Source: an uncultured Methylophilaceae bacterium | Lineage (GTDB): Bacteria > Pseudomonadota > Gammaproteobacteria > Burkholderiales > Methylophilaceae | Direction: 5' to 3' | Assembly (NCBI GenBank): GCA_903863255.1 | Contig: CAIPBJ010000093.1 | Coordinates: 60,654 to 124,653 of the forward strand | DNA: 64,000 nt | Shown here: positions 1 to 9,928 of the stretch, piece after piece | Position numbering within the stretch: position 1 is the stretch's first letter | Layout: every line of letters begins with the position of its first letter | Made by a program: the position numbers and the translations under genes | Notes under the pieces: model-generated | Seen by the model: only the letters and a program-made list of their open reading frames with translations | What the model was told of the DNA's origin: nothing | The model's database searches: none

Positions 1-2
1 TT

Positions 3-425
3 ATTTTTAAGTCAGCTACACGTCACTTTCATGAAATCGAAAAAAGTGCGGGAGTAGGTGGTGCTTCATTATGGGCTATGGCACAAATTTCTGAAAATAC
101 AAAAATAACGGTTTCTGAATTGGCCAAATCCATGTCAATTCATCAATCCACAGCAAGTAATTTAATTGAGAAGCTGGAAAATTCGGGCTATATTTCCCGT
201 TCCAGAAGTAATGAGGATAGACGAGTGGTGTATCTGACACTCACTGAAACCGGTCATGCCGTAATGGTAAAAGCACCAACACCATATTGTGGGATTTTAC
301 CCGATGCATTGATGAAACTTGAATACAGCAAGCAGGTTGAGTTGTATAATTTATTGAAGGATCTGTTGGCGAACATGGAATTCAAACAAGACGGCAGTGC
401 GTTTGAGCTCTTGAGCAAAATTTGA
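3..425 (+). CDS. MarR-family transcriptional regulator, 5' end probably outside the window
   Basis: The frame of the ORF-track Met (78) stays open back to nt 3 (IFKSATRHFHEIEKSAGVGGASLWAMAQ...). The winged-helix core SELAKSMSIHQSTASNLIEKLENSGYISRSRSNEDRRVVYLTLTETG is typical of MarR/SlyA. Confidence 0.75.
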   Translation: MFKSATRHFHEIEKSAGVGGASLWAMAQISENTKITVSELAKSMSIHQSTASNLIEKLENSGYISRSRSNEDRRVVYLTLTETGHAVMVKAPTPYCGILPDALMKLEYSKQVELYNLLKDLLANMEFKQDGSAFELLSKI

Positions 426-520
426 TGACGTCATCGCGTCATTCACCATAGACATCAGCACAACCAGTTTTACTTACAGTCTTTTTTGCGGTCAATATGG
501 CAAATATGAAAGGTATGATT

Positions 521-572
521 AACTTAAAAGGCTAATGCAAAAACCTAGAATTAATAAGATTTTGCATTAGCC
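521..572 (-). terminator. Intrinsic-terminator-like hairpin downstream of sodB
   Basis: Perfect 13-bp inverted repeat GGCTAATGCAAAA (530-542) / TTTTGCATTAGCC (560-572) with a 17-nt loop. On the minus-strand transcript the stem is followed by TTTTAAGTT. It lies between convergent MarR and sodB. The stem is AT-rich. Confidence 0.55.
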
Positions 573-627
573 AGTCAGAACTTAAATTGTCAAATCGTCA
601 TTGAAACTTTTTTTTGCAGATCAAGTA

Positions 628-1212
628 TTATGAAGCAAAATTAGCAGATGCGAAGTCCCAGTTTGCCAACGAATTGAGGAACACCTCTACGAACTTGGCA
701 CGCGCATTACGATAGTCGATGTAGTAAGCATGTTCCCAAACATCGATGGTTAATAACGCTTTATCAGCTGTTGTTAAAGGAGTCCCGGCTGCACCCATGT
801 TTACGATATCAACGGAACCATCAGCCTTTTTGACCAACCACGTCCAGCCTGATCCGAAATTACCAACCGCAGAAGCTTGAAATGCTTTCTTGAAGTCTTC
901 AAAAGTACCCCATTTTGCATTGATTGCTGCTAGAAGTGCACCGGTCGGAACTCCACCCCCGTTAGGCTTCATGCAATTCCAGAAAAAAGTGTGGTTCCAT
1001 ATTTGAGCGGAATTGTTATAGATCCCACCGGAAGATTTTTTAACGATATCTTCAAGGCTGCTGTTCTCGAAATCTGTACCTTTTATTAGGTTATTGAGAT
1101 TTGTAACGTAGGTTTGATGATGCTTGCCATAGTGATACTCGAGTGTCTCTTCAGAGAGATGAGGTACAAGTGCATTTTTTTCATAGGGTAAAGCAGGTAA
1201 TTGATGTTCCAT
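628..1212 (-). CDS. sodB: Fe-type superoxide dismutase
   Basis: Full-length 194 aa. Fe/Mn-SOD signatures [16 protein letters not shown] and [13 protein letters not shown] are present, and the [10 protein letters not shown] context is Fe-type. Confidence 0.95.
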   Translation of the reverse strand: MEHQLPALPYEKNALVPHLSEETLEYHYGKHHQTYVTNLNNLIKGTDFENSSLEDIVKKSSGGIYNNSAQIWNHTFFWNCMKPNGGGVPTGALLAAINAKWGTFEDFKKAFQASAVGNFGSGWTWLVKKADGSVDIVNMGAAGTPLTTADKALLTIDVWEHAYYIDYRNARAKFVEVFLNSLANWDFASANFAS

Positions 1213-1314
1213 AAAAGTCCTTTAGAAAATGAAGAAAGGTATCGACATTTGAAACCAGATTTTGACACATTATGGATAGTAAAAAAACAATATTGCATTT
1301 GTGGGTAAGAGCGA

Positions 1315-2187
1315 CTATTTTTTTGCTCTTGGGTGCGTTGCATCGTATATTTTAGCTAAATGCTGAAAATCAAGGTTTGTATAAATTTGAGTGGTGCTTA
1401 TGTTTGCATGTCCTAGCATTTCCTGGACAGCACGAAGGTCTCCACTCGATTGAAGTAAATGCGTTGCAAAACTATGACGAAGCATATGTGGGTGAACATC
1501 TGAATCGATTCCCTGCGTCAGGGCCCACTTTTTTAACCTGTACTGAATTGCACGACCAGAGATTCGATTTCCTCTTTCAGTTATAAAAACAGCAAGTGAA
1601 TCAACTATATTTAATGTCATCCTAACCTTTAACCATATCTCGATCGCATCAAGAGCAAATCTACCAATTGGGACTATGCGAGTTTTATTCCCCTTACCAG
1701 TTACAGTAACGGTTGAATTGATCAGATCAATGGAATTCAAATCGAGTCCAACTAACTCTGAAAGCCGTAATCCAGAAGAATAAAATAACTCCAGAATTGC
1801 ACGATCTCTTACTTCTAGGGGAGCGTCTCCTTGAATGCTTACTAATTTTGAGGTTTGATCAGCAGATAAAGCTTGAGGTAAGCTTTTCGGTGATTTAGGA
1901 GACTTAATACCAATGCAAGGGTTGATTTTATAGTTATGATATAAGATCAGGTATCTAAAAAATCCTCGCCAAGAAGATAGTACCCGGCTTATGGACTTTC
2001 CACTTAAATGACGATTATTAAGGTTAATCACAAAACGCCTGATATGACTTGGCGTAATTTCATCAATTGGAGATTTGTCTGCTAACTCAAGTAGCAAATC
2101 AAGATCTCTCTTATAGTTGACGATAGTAAGATTGCTAAGACCTCGCTCATATTTCAATTGCTCAAGATAATTTTGAACGTAAATCAC
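1315..2187 (-). CDS. xerC: Tyrosine recombinase XerC (chromosome dimer resolution)
   Basis: Carries the RHSFATHLL and GHANISTTQIYT catalytic motifs. It sits in the conserved dapF-yigA-xerC arrangement known from E. coli and overlaps the upstream DUF484 gene by 4 nt. Confidence 0.9.
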   Translation of the reverse strand: MIYVQNYLEQLKYERGLSNLTIVNYKRDLDLLLELADKSPIDEITPSHIRRFVINLNNRHLSGKSISRVLSSWRGFFRYLILYHNYKINPCIGIKSPKSPKSLPQALSADQTSKLVSIQGDAPLEVRDRAILELFYSSGLRLSELVGLDLNSIDLINSTVTVTGKGNKTRIVPIGRFALDAIEIWLKVRMTLNIVDSLAVFITERGNRISGRAIQYRLKKWALTQGIDSDVHPHMLRHSFATHLLQSSGDLRAVQEMLGHANISTTQIYTNLDFQHLAKIYDATHPRAKK

Positions 2188-2858
2188 AAGAGTATGTATT
2201 TTGAGAGCGATGCGCTTATGAGTTCGCCAATACGCTTTAGATACAAAGTGCCCATTTCAGGATAAAAACGATGATCTTGATCAGAAGCCATGGCCAACAA
2301 ACCAAAAGTTTTATCTGTACGAAGTGTGATCAGGGCGAAGGATTTGGGAATGGAATTTTCACCAAACCAACTATTGAAATCCAAACCAGGTTTATTCCCG
2401 CAATATGGCTCGATTAAACTTTCAGCCCAATTTTTTAACTCAATATCAACAGTCTTGAAGACGTCATGATTCATGTGTTCCGAATTCATTGCGTCTGTCC
2501 AGATTCGTATTCCTGTGTAAGGAATTTGGAAATCATCAGATAATGAAAAGATAATTTTATTAATTTTTTCATCAAAACTTTCACATCCAATTAGAGAAAG
2601 ACACAATTGATGGATTTTCTGACTAATAAGGTCATTTTCCTGAGCATTTCTGAGTAGCTCACTAAATTTTTGTTCAATGGCACGAATTTTTTCCCGCTGA
2701 GCAAGCTGTTGTCTCTCTGCGAGCGAAACAGTTCCATTTCCATGAGGACTGGGTAAGAACATTATTGCTAACAAGTCGGGATGATTTTCGAAAAACTGAG
2801 GATTCTGATTAAGATAGTTCTTTACATGTGCTTCAGTAATTTGGGGCGCTATATCCAT
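2184..2858 (-). CDS. DUF484 (YigA-like) protein
   Basis: 224 aa, between dapF and xerC exactly like E. coli yigA. The N-terminal YLNQNPQFFENHPDLL motif is typical of DUF484. Confidence 0.8.
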   Translation of the reverse strand: MDIAPQITEAHVKNYLNQNPQFFENHPDLLAIMFLPSPHGNGTVSLAERQQLAQREKIRAIEQKFSELLRNAQENDLISQKIHQLCLSLIGCESFDEKINKIIFSLSDDFQIPYTGIRIWTDAMNSEHMNHDVFKTVDIELKNWAESLIEPYCGNKPGLDFNSWFGENSIPKSFALITLRTDKTFGLLAMASDQDHRFYPEMGTLYLKRIGELISASLSKYILL

Positions 2859-2888
2859 ACTTGTTCCTCTAATACTTTATATAAATGA

Positions 2889-3719
2889 TTAAACTGAAAT
2901 AACGCCTTGGAAAACCGTTTCTGCTGGACCGGTCATCAGGACAGGGTTATTGAGACCATCCCAATAAATAGTTAACTCACCTCCACGTGCTGAAACGGTT
3001 ACAGGAGTTTTCAATAAGCCAAGTCGGATTCCAGAAACTGCGGCCGCACATGCTCCTGTTCCGCAAGCGAGGGTCTCGCCACTCCCTCGTTCATAGACAC
3101 GTAAACGTATCTTATGAGGGCTGATAATTTGCATAAAACCAGCATTGACCCGCTCTGGAAAACGAGGATGATTCTCGATTTCAGGGCCTTCGACCCCAAC
3201 GGGCGCCGTCTCGATCGAGTCAACTATCTGAACCGCATGAGGATTTCCCATAGAAACGACCGAAATCTCAATGGTCTTATTATTAAGTTGCAAATGGTAT
3301 GTTGTTTGGTATTTTTCAGTTATGAATGGGATATCATCGGGTTCGAATTGCGGTATGCCCATATCAACTGTTACTAAACCGGAGTCTTCAAGCTTTGGTT
3401 TGATAATTCCGCTGGCAGTTTCTACCGATATTTCATTCGCTTCAGTCAAGCCGGTATCGTGCACAAATCTGACAAAGCAACGTGCACCATTCCCGCACTG
3501 TTGGACTTCTCCTCCATCGGCATTGAAAATCCGATAACGGAAATCTGCACCAGAAACAGTGGGTTTTTCAACTAAAAGTAGTTGATCGCATCCTATGCCA
3601 AAATGGCGATCTGCTATCTTTCGAATTTGATTGGCATTTAGAGAAATATTTTGGGTGTAGGCATCGATGATGACAAAATCATTACCTATCCCCTGCATTT
3701 TTGTAAATTTAATTTCCAT
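2889..3719 (-). CDS. dapF: Diaminopimelate epimerase
   Basis: 276 aa. It has [12 protein letters not shown] at the N-terminus and both catalytic Cys contexts (QCGNGARC and ACGTGACA). Confidence 0.95.
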   Translation of the reverse strand: MEIKFTKMQGIGNDFVIIDAYTQNISLNANQIRKIADRHFGIGCDQLLLVEKPTVSGADFRYRIFNADGGEVQQCGNGARCFVRFVHDTGLTEANEISVETASGIIKPKLEDSGLVTVDMGIPQFEPDDIPFITEKYQTTYHLQLNNKTIEISVVSMGNPHAVQIVDSIETAPVGVEGPEIENHPRFPERVNAGFMQIISPHKIRLRVYERGSGETLACGTGACAAAVSGIRLGLLKTPVTVSARGGELTIYWDGLNNPVLMTGPAETVFQGVISV

Positions 3720-3906
3720 ACTACATATTGTAGGCTAATGAGGCTTAGCGTGGTAGTCACGAAAGATTAAATGTTAAGTAAGTGTTATTATATTAATCGA
3801 GAAGGTCGAGTCAGCTGGTAAAGATAATTCTTAAATCTTTAAAGTAATGAGTATTAATCGACGATAACTTCTTTAAATGAAAAAAATCAATTAATGAGAA
3901 ATGGTT

Positions 3907-5064
3907 ATGAATCAATATTTATTCACATCAGAGTCAGTTTCAGAGGGTCACCCAGATAAGGTTGCGGATCAAATTTCTGATTCCATTTTAGATGCAATTC
4001 TATCGCAGGATCCAGGGGCCCGTGTTGCAGCTGAAACACTTACAAATACTGGGTTGGTGGTTTTGGCCGGGGAAATTACGACCACAGCGAACGTTGACTA
4101 TATTAAAGTTGCTCGCGAAGCCATTAAACGGATTGGTTATGACAATACCGAATACGGTATTGATTATAAAGGATGTGCTGTTTTAGTTGCCTATGACAAG
4201 CAGTCACCGGATATTGCCCAAGGTGTTGACAATGCAAATGATGATCCTCTTGATCAGGGTGCGGGTGATCAGGGTCTCATGTTTGGGTATGCCTGTGATG
4301 AGACTCCGCAACTGATGCCATTGCCAATTTGGCTCTCGCATCGATTAATGGAACGACAATCAGCGCTAAGAAAGGATGGACGTTTGCCGTGGTTGAGGCC
4401 CGATGCAAAATCTCAGGTCACGATTCAGTATATCGATGGTAAGCCACATAAAATCGATACGGTTCTATTATCCACTCAGCATGCTCCAGAGATGAGTTTG
4501 GACGATATTAGGGAAGCCGTTATCGAAGAGATCATTAAACCCACTTTGCCAGCAAATCTTATAAAAGGTGAAATCAAGTATTTGGTTAATCCGACGGGAC
4601 GTTTTGTTATTGGTGGTCCTCAAGGTGATTGTGGATTAACAGGTAGAAAAATTATTGTTGATACCTACGGTGGGGCTGCCCCACACGGGGGAGGAGCTTT
4701 TTCAGGAAAGGATCCATCAAAAGTGGATCGCTCAGCTGCATATGCCGGACGTTATGTCGCCAAGAACATCGTTGCTTCTGGATTGGCTTCTCGTTGCCTA
4801 GTTCAGGTTTCTTATGCGATTGGTGTCGCACGTCCCACAAGTGTTATGGTTGAAACTTATGGCACCGGCAAGGTATCCAATGAGGTATTGACTCAATTGG
4901 TGCTTGATAACTTTGATTTGCGTCCAAAAGGAATCGTTAAAATGCTTGACTTGCTGAGGCCGATTTATAGCAAAACAGCGGCTTATGGTCACTTTGGTCG
5001 TGATGAACCGGAATTCACATGGGAAAACTGTGATAAGGTGAATCAATTAAAAGGTGGAATCTAA
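3907..5064 (+). CDS. metK: S-adenosylmethionine synthetase
   Basis: Carries [33 protein letters not shown] and [19 protein letters not shown]. The ATG at 3907 has a better-spaced GAGA upstream than the ORF-track ATG at 3901; either is possible. Confidence 0.95.
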   Translation: MNQYLFTSESVSEGHPDKVADQISDSILDAILSQDPGARVAAETLTNTGLVVLAGEITTTANVDYIKVAREAIKRIGYDNTEYGIDYKGCAVLVAYDKQSPDIAQGVDNANDDPLDQGAGDQGLMFGYACDETPQLMPLPIWLSHRLMERQSALRKDGRLPWLRPDAKSQVTIQYIDGKPHKIDTVLLSTQHAPEMSLDDIREAVIEEIIKPTLPANLIKGEIKYLVNPTGRFVIGGPQGDCGLTGRKIIVDTYGGAAPHGGGAFSGKDPSKVDRSAAYAGRYVAKNIVASGLASRCLVQVSYAIGVARPTSVMVETYGTGKVSNEVLTQLVLDNFDLRPKGIVKMLDLLRPIYSKTAAYGHFGRDEPEFTWENCDKVNQLKGGI

Positions 5065-5127
5065 CTTAATTGTTTCTACTTCAATTAGTCCAATTTCATC
5101 ATGGTCATTATTTTCACGTAATTTACT

Positions 5128-6354
5128 ATGCTGAAGACAATTTCAACCGATAAGGTTCGATTAGGAATGTTTATCCAAGAGCTTAAAGGGCCTTGGATAG
5201 ACCATCCTTTTTGGAAGAAGGCTTTTAAACTGCAAGATGTTTCAGAACTAAGAAAATTAAAGTCCAGTGTAGTAAAGGAAGTGGTAATTGACACTTCTAA
5301 AGGATTGGATGTCGAGTCTGAGAGTGCTGAAATTTCTCAAAATAGCGATTCCAACATAGTTGTATTAGACCAACAGACACAGGATTCGGTAAAGCCTAAC
5401 GCGCCTGTGCAAAAACGTATATCTATTGAAGAAGAGCACGAACGAGCAAAACTAATTATTAGTGAGTCCCGTGAAGCAGTGGTTTCGATGTTTACTGATG
5501 CCAGGATGGGGAAGGCCGTTAGTGCAGAATTTGCAATGCCACTTGTAGAGGAGATTTCATCTTCGGTTTCCCGAAATGAAGGGGCCCTGATCAGTCTAGT
5601 AAGATTAAAGTCTCAGGATGATTATACCTATATGCATTCTGTGGCAGTCTGTGCTCTCATGGTCTCGTTAGCCAGAGAGTTAAATCTTAGTGAAAGAGAG
5701 ATTAAGCAGGCAGGCTTGGCTGGTCTGTTACATGACATAGGCAAGGCGGCAATTCCACTAGACATACTTAATAAGCCAGGCAGCTTAAATGATAATGAGT
5801 TTAATTTGATTAAAATGCATCCGGAACACGGACATGCAATGCTGCTCGAAGGAAACATTACAGATCCGGTCGCTTTGGACGTTGTTCTCAATCATCATGA
5901 GAAAATTGATGGAACAGGCTATCCAAACAAACTTAATGGGGATCAGATTTCGCTTTATGCGAAGATGGGTGCAGTTTGCGATGTCTACGATGCAATAACC
6001 TCTAATAGGCCCTACAAAGCAGGCTGGGAACCTGGAGTTTCGCTTCAACGAATGGCTCAATGGACTAATCATTTTGATACTAATGTTTTTAAGGCATTTG
6101 TTAAGAGTGTTGGAATCTATCCTATAGGCTCAACTGTAATTTTAAAATCAGGGCGATTGGGAGTTGTGGTCGATCAGAATTCCAAAAGCCTTCTTACCCC
6201 AATGGTTAAGGTTTTTTTCTCGACTAAATCAAGAACCAGAATCCCGACCGAACTGATAGATTTATCAAAGAGAGAAGTCAATGATAAAATTACTGGCCAT
6301 GAGGACCCTGTAGTTTGGGGGGTTACGGATGTAAATAAACTTTGGAAAGAATAA
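5128..6354 (+). CDS. HD-GYP domain protein (putative c-di-GMP phosphodiesterase) with DUF3391-like N-terminus
   Basis: HDIGK and HHEKIDGTGYP motifs are present. The N-terminal VRLGMFIQELKGPWIDHPFWK is characteristic of the DUF3391 domain that precedes HD-GYP domains. Confidence 0.85.
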   Translation: MLKTISTDKVRLGMFIQELKGPWIDHPFWKKAFKLQDVSELRKLKSSVVKEVVIDTSKGLDVESESAEISQNSDSNIVVLDQQTQDSVKPNAPVQKRISIEEEHERAKLIISESREAVVSMFTDARMGKAVSAEFAMPLVEEISSSVSRNEGALISLVRLKSQDDYTYMHSVAVCALMVSLARELNLSEREIKQAGLAGLLHDIGKAAIPLDILNKPGSLNDNEFNLIKMHPEHGHAMLLEGNITDPVALDVVLNHHEKIDGTGYPNKLNGDQISLYAKMGAVCDVYDAITSNRPYKAGWEPGVSLQRMAQWTNHFDTNVFKAFVKSVGIYPIGSTVILKSGRLGVVVDQNSKSLLTPMVKVFFSTKSRTRIPTELIDLSKREVNDKITGHEDPVVWGVTDVNKLWKE

Positions 6355-6362
6355 ATAGTTTT

Positions 6363-6390
6363 TTGCATAAAAATTATTTAACGATATAAT
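6363..6390 (+). promoter_or_regulatory. Sigma-70-like promoter for the riboswitch-ahcY transcript
   Basis: TTGCAT (6363-6368), 16-nt spacer, TATAAT (6385-6390). This places a start about 6-8 nt before the riboswitch P1 helix. Confidence 0.5.
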
Positions 6391-6395
6391 CCAAG

Positions 6396-6462
6396 CCTTG
6401 AGGAACGCTGCGAGAGTTATTCACAAACTCCCAGGCTCAAAGAGTTTCAAACCGCGTTCACT
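6396..6462 (+). promoter_or_regulatory. SAH (S-adenosylhomocysteine) riboswitch aptamer
   Basis: CCUUGAGGAACGCUGCGAGAGUU...AACUCCCAGGCUCAAAG...AAACCGCGUUCAC matches the SAH riboswitch core (GAGGAGCGCUGCGA ... CAGGCUC ... GGCGCUCAC). Pairings: P1 UUGAG (6398-6402) with CUCAA (6436-6440); P2 GAGUU with AACUC (6426-6430); pseudoknot GAACGC (6403-6408) with GCGUUC (6454-6459), which carries a compensatory G-C to A-U change relative to the consensus. It sits directly upstream of ahcY, the classic location. Confidence 0.85.
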
Positions 6463-6553
6463 TTTTGACTGTGCGAGCACGGAATATAAGGGTGAGCAAA
6501 CGCTGCCAAAAATAAATTCCCTGTTCAGTTTTCGATTATTTGAGGATATCCAT

Positions 6554-7963
6554 ATGAATAATGTTGCTGAAATTAAAGATTACATAATTGCTGATATAAA
6601 TTTGGCCGATTGGGGTCGAAAAGAAATAGCGATTGCTGAGACCGAAATGCCTGGCTTAATGGCAATACGAGAAGAATACGCTAAAACTCAACCGCTCAAC
6701 GGAGCAAGGATTACTGGATCGTTGCACATGACCATCCAAACAGCAGTTTTAATTGAAACGCTCGTTGACTTGGGAGCAGAGGTGCGCTGGGCTTCCTGCA
6801 ATATTTATTCAACCCAGGATCATGCTGCGGCAGCGATCGCTGCTTCGGGGATACCTGTTTTTGCTATTAAAGGGGAATCCTTGGTAGATTACTGGGATTA
6901 TACCCATCGTATTTTTGAATGGGCAGATGGTGGTTACTCCAACATGATTCTGGATGATGGTGGAGATGCTACTTTATTGTTACATCTCGGAACCAGGGCA
7001 GAAAAGGACCTGAGTATTCTGGAATCCCCTTCCAGTGAAGAAGAGATATGTTTATTCAATGCGATTAAATCCAAATTAAATACTGACCCAACTTGGTACT
7101 CAACTAGACTGGCAAGTATCATTGGTGTCACTGAAGAAACCACGACAGGTGTTCATAGACTCTATCAAATGCATAAAGAAGGAAAACTAGCTTTTCCTGC
7201 GATAAATGTTAATGATTCTGTGACCAAATCCAAGTTTGACAACTTATATGGATGCAGAGAATCCTTGGTTGACGGTATCAAACGCGCCACAGACGTCATG
7301 ATTGCAGGAAAAGTTGCAGTTGTTGCAGGGTATGGTGACGTAGGGAAGGGATCCGCGCAAGCTTTAAGAGCGTTATCTGCCCAGGTATGGGTTACTGAAA
7401 TTGATCCAATTTGTGCTTTGCAGGCTGCAATGGAAGGTTATCGAGTCGTAACAATGGACTATGCTTGCCAGCACGCGGATATCTTCGTAACTGCAACCGG
7501 TAATTTTCACGTTATAACTCATGATCATATGGCAAAAATGAAAGATCAGGCCATCGTCTGCAATATTGGTCATTTCGATAATGAAATCGATGTGGCTTCT
7601 CTGGAATCATATCAATGGGACGAAATTAAACCTCAGGTAGATCACGTAATTTTCCCTGATGGGAAACGTATAATTTTGCTGGCAAAGGGGCGATTGGTTA
7701 ATTTGGGTTGCGGTACAGGTCATCCAAGTTACGTGATGAGTTCGTCTTTTGCAAATCAAACAATTGCCCAGATCGAGCTTTTTACCAATACAGCTAATTA
7801 CCCTGTTGGGGTATATACATTGCCAAAACACCTCGATGAAAAAGTGGCAATTTTGCAACTAAAGAAACTGAATGCGCAATTGACTAAACTAACGAAAAAG
7901 CAGGCTGAATATATTGGTGTTTCCGTTAATGGACCATTCAAACCAGACAGTTACCGTTATTAG
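6554..7963 (+). CDS. ahcY: Adenosylhomocysteinase
   Basis: Starts [37 protein letters not shown], a typical AhcY N-terminus. An NAD-binding GYGDVGKG motif is present, and GAGGA lies 8 nt upstream of the ATG at 6554. The ORF-track start at 6398 (TTG) lies inside the riboswitch. Confidence 0.95.
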   Translation: MNNVAEIKDYIIADINLADWGRKEIAIAETEMPGLMAIREEYAKTQPLNGARITGSLHMTIQTAVLIETLVDLGAEVRWASCNIYSTQDHAAAAIAASGIPVFAIKGESLVDYWDYTHRIFEWADGGYSNMILDDGGDATLLLHLGTRAEKDLSILESPSSEEEICLFNAIKSKLNTDPTWYSTRLASIIGVTEETTTGVHRLYQMHKEGKLAFPAINVNDSVTKSKFDNLYGCRESLVDGIKRATDVMIAGKVAVVAGYGDVGKGSAQALRALSAQVWVTEIDPICALQAAMEGYRVVTMDYACQHADIFVTATGNFHVITHDHMAKMKDQAIVCNIGHFDNEIDVASLESYQWDEIKPQVDHVIFPDGKRIILLAKGRLVNLGCGTGHPSYVMSSSFANQTIAQIELFTNTANYPVGVYTLPKHLDEKVAILQLKKLNAQLTKLTKKQAEYIGVSVNGPFKPDSYRY

Positions 7964-8038
7964 TTGATGATTATATCAAGGGCTTTTTTGATTGCTTGGT
8001 TTCTTTTCTGGGTTGATTTCTGGCTTTAGGGGCATCCT

Positions 8039-8380
8039 ATGCGATTTCTGATAATTTGGTTATTTAATGCGGTTGCTTTAATAGCGGTAGGTTATTTAAT
8101 GCCTTCGATAAGGGTAGATGGTTTTGCAGCAGCCTTGGTGGCAGCTGCAATCATCGGACTCGTCAATATGCTTATAAAGCCGTTTCTGATTGTACTTACT
8201 TTACCTGTTACTATATTGACATTAGGACTTTTTATATTTGTTATCAATGGGTTCCTTTTCTTTTTAGTAGGGCATATTTTACATGGGTTCCATGTTCAGA
8301 ATATGATGTCAGGGATATTGGGTGCTTTTCTTTATAGCCTAATTTCGTGGGCCTTCAGTACCTTGGTGCCTTCAAATTGA
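8039..8380 (+). CDS. Small 4-TM membrane protein, phage-holin-family-4-like
   Basis: 113 aa, four hydrophobic segments and no soluble domain. The position between ahcY and metF recurs in beta-proteobacteria as I recall it. Confidence 0.7.
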   Translation: MRFLIIWLFNAVALIAVGYLMPSIRVDGFAAALVAAAIIGLVNMLIKPFLIVLTLPVTILTLGLFIFVINGFLFFLVGHILHGFHVQNMMSGILGAFLYSLISWAFSTLVPSN

Positions 8381-8403
8381 TCACTTACAATGAATCATAA
8401 TTT

Positions 8404-9243
8404 ATGAATAACCCTATGATTAGCTTTGAATTCTTCCCCCCGAAAACCGAGGAGGGAATTGAAAAACTGCGTGAAACAAGGAAAGAGCTTTCACGGTTTG
8501 ATCCTAAATTCTTTTCTGTCACTTTTGGGGCCGGTGGTTCGACTCGAGATAGAACAATGGATGCTGTTTTTGAAATACATAAAGAAGGTTTTGATGCAGC
8601 ACCTCATATATCATGTATTTCTTCTAGTAAGTCAGAAATTCTGGATTTGCTCGAAGTATACAGAAATAACAATATAAGGCGTGTCGTTGCGTTAAGAGGA
8701 GATTTGCCATCCGGGGAAGTCAGTTTGGGTGAATTTGCTCATGCAAATGAACTTGTTGGGTTTATACGTGAAAAGACGGGTGATTGGTTTCATATAGATG
8801 TTGCCGCCTACCCAGAATTTCATCCGGAATCTCAATCACCATCCTCGGATATACGTCATTTCAAAGGTAAGGTGGATGCAGGCGCAAACGAAGCAATAAC
8901 CCAGTATTTCTATAATGCTGATGCATATTTCCGATTTATGGATCAGTGCCACGCGATGGATATTCAGATTCCAATCATCCCCGGAGTCATGCCTATATAC
9001 AATATTACCCAGCTGGCACGATTTTCTAATGTATGCGGAGCAGAGATTCCACGGTGGTTAAGGTTGAGGTTGCAGGACTATAGCGATGACATCACTTCTT
9101 TAAGAGCTTTTGGACTAGATGTTGTCACTTCCCTATGCGAGAATTTATTGGCGAATGGGGCGCCTGGACTGCACTTCTACACACTGAATCAAAGTAAGAT
9201 TATCACATCAATCGCTGAAAGATTGGGAATCAGTAAGCGTTAG
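8404..9243 (+). CDS. metF: 5,10-methylenetetrahydrofolate reductase
   Basis: Has SFEFFPPKT near the N-terminus plus VTFGAGGSTRDRT and RGD motifs. 279 aa. Confidence 0.93.
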   Translation: MNNPMISFEFFPPKTEEGIEKLRETRKELSRFDPKFFSVTFGAGGSTRDRTMDAVFEIHKEGFDAAPHISCISSSKSEILDLLEVYRNNNIRRVVALRGDLPSGEVSLGEFAHANELVGFIREKTGDWFHIDVAAYPEFHPESQSPSSDIRHFKGKVDAGANEAITQYFYNADAYFRFMDQCHAMDIQIPIIPGVMPIYNITQLARFSNVCGAEIPRWLRLRLQDYSDDITSLRAFGLDVVTSLCENLLANGAPGLHFYTLNQSKIITSIAERLGISKR

Positions 9244-9267
9244 AAGTGATAATCCATCTAGCGTTAT

Positions 9268-9726
9268 TCAATGTAAAGTAGGGCTGCTGTCACCGAACAT
9301 CGCGTCTTCAACAAATAGATAGTCTTTGGTGTTGCCTTGTTTCCAGAGAGCCATAAGAACAATCCATCGCGTCTCTTCAATGCCAACATCTGTTTGTGGC
9401 AATGCCATTGCCCTGTCGACTACTAATTCTCTTTGGATGGCATTTAAGACATGAGCTTGTTCCAAAAACATTATAAAACTCAAGCTCTCACCACTTATTT
9501 TCTGAGTTTCAAGGGGAGAGTAGATTCTGAAACTATGACTCGTGGTGTTATTAGAAAAACTGGCTTGTTCAGTCATTTTTTCGAGAGTGGTAAACCAATC
9601 AAAAGCAACATTGATATCGTCACTGTCAAAACCAGCCGCAAACAACTCTTGTGCTAGTGTTTGCGTATCAGGACGAACATCTGCTTCAAAGTAATTTTCA
9701 AACATGTATACCAAGACTTCGAACAT
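9268..9726 (-). CDS. smg: Smg protein (DUF494)
   Basis: From the inner Met the product starts MFEVLVYMFENYF, colinear with E. coli Smg (MFDVLMYLFETYI...). C-terminal WIVLMALW and LH end are also conserved. The ORF-track start at 9741 adds 5 residues. Confidence 0.85.
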   Translation of the reverse strand: MFEVLVYMFENYFEADVRPDTQTLAQELFAAGFDSDDINVAFDWFTTLEKMTEQASFSNNTTSHSFRIYSPLETQKISGESLSFIMFLEQAHVLNAIQRELVVDRAMALPQTDVGIEETRWIVLMALWKQGNTKDYLFVEDAMFGDSSPTLH

Positions 9727-9928
9727 AGATTCCCCAATCAAGTTTCAGATTAGCTGAAATGATGGAAAGCTTGATTTGCGTATCCTATACGCGGAACCAA
9801 ATTCCAACGTTTACAGCATGGCTGAAAGGCTTGAATTCGTCAAGCAAGTCTAGCCATTCGAATTCAATCTTTTTGAAATCTTATTCCAATCGATTGGTGA
9901 TACCACTAACCAACTTGAATTTAAGCCC

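Noticed and set aside
1315-2187. Tyrosine recombinase as a marker of an integrated mobile element
   Set aside because: The dapF-DUF484-xerC context is the conserved chromosomal XerC locus. No attachment-site repeats, tRNA gene or phage or plasmid genes flank it.
3720-3900. Possible SAM riboswitch upstream of metK
   Set aside because: I could not find SAM-I, SAM-II, SAM-V or SAM/SAH core motifs by eye. The region holds only short AT-rich palindromes (for example CTACATATTGTAG at 3721-3733) in a divergent promoter region. A cmsearch would be needed to be certain.
6398-6553. 52-aa N-terminal extension of AhcY in the ORF track (TTG start at 6398)
   Set aside because: The stretch folds as the SAH riboswitch and its linker. 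The extension has no similarity to AhcY N-termini, whereas the Met at 6554 gives a canonical N-terminus with a GAGGA ribosome-binding site.
8039-8380. Holin-family gene as part of a prophage lysis cassette
   Set aside because: There is no endolysin, spanin or any phage gene within the window, and the gene sits inside the ahcY-metF operon.
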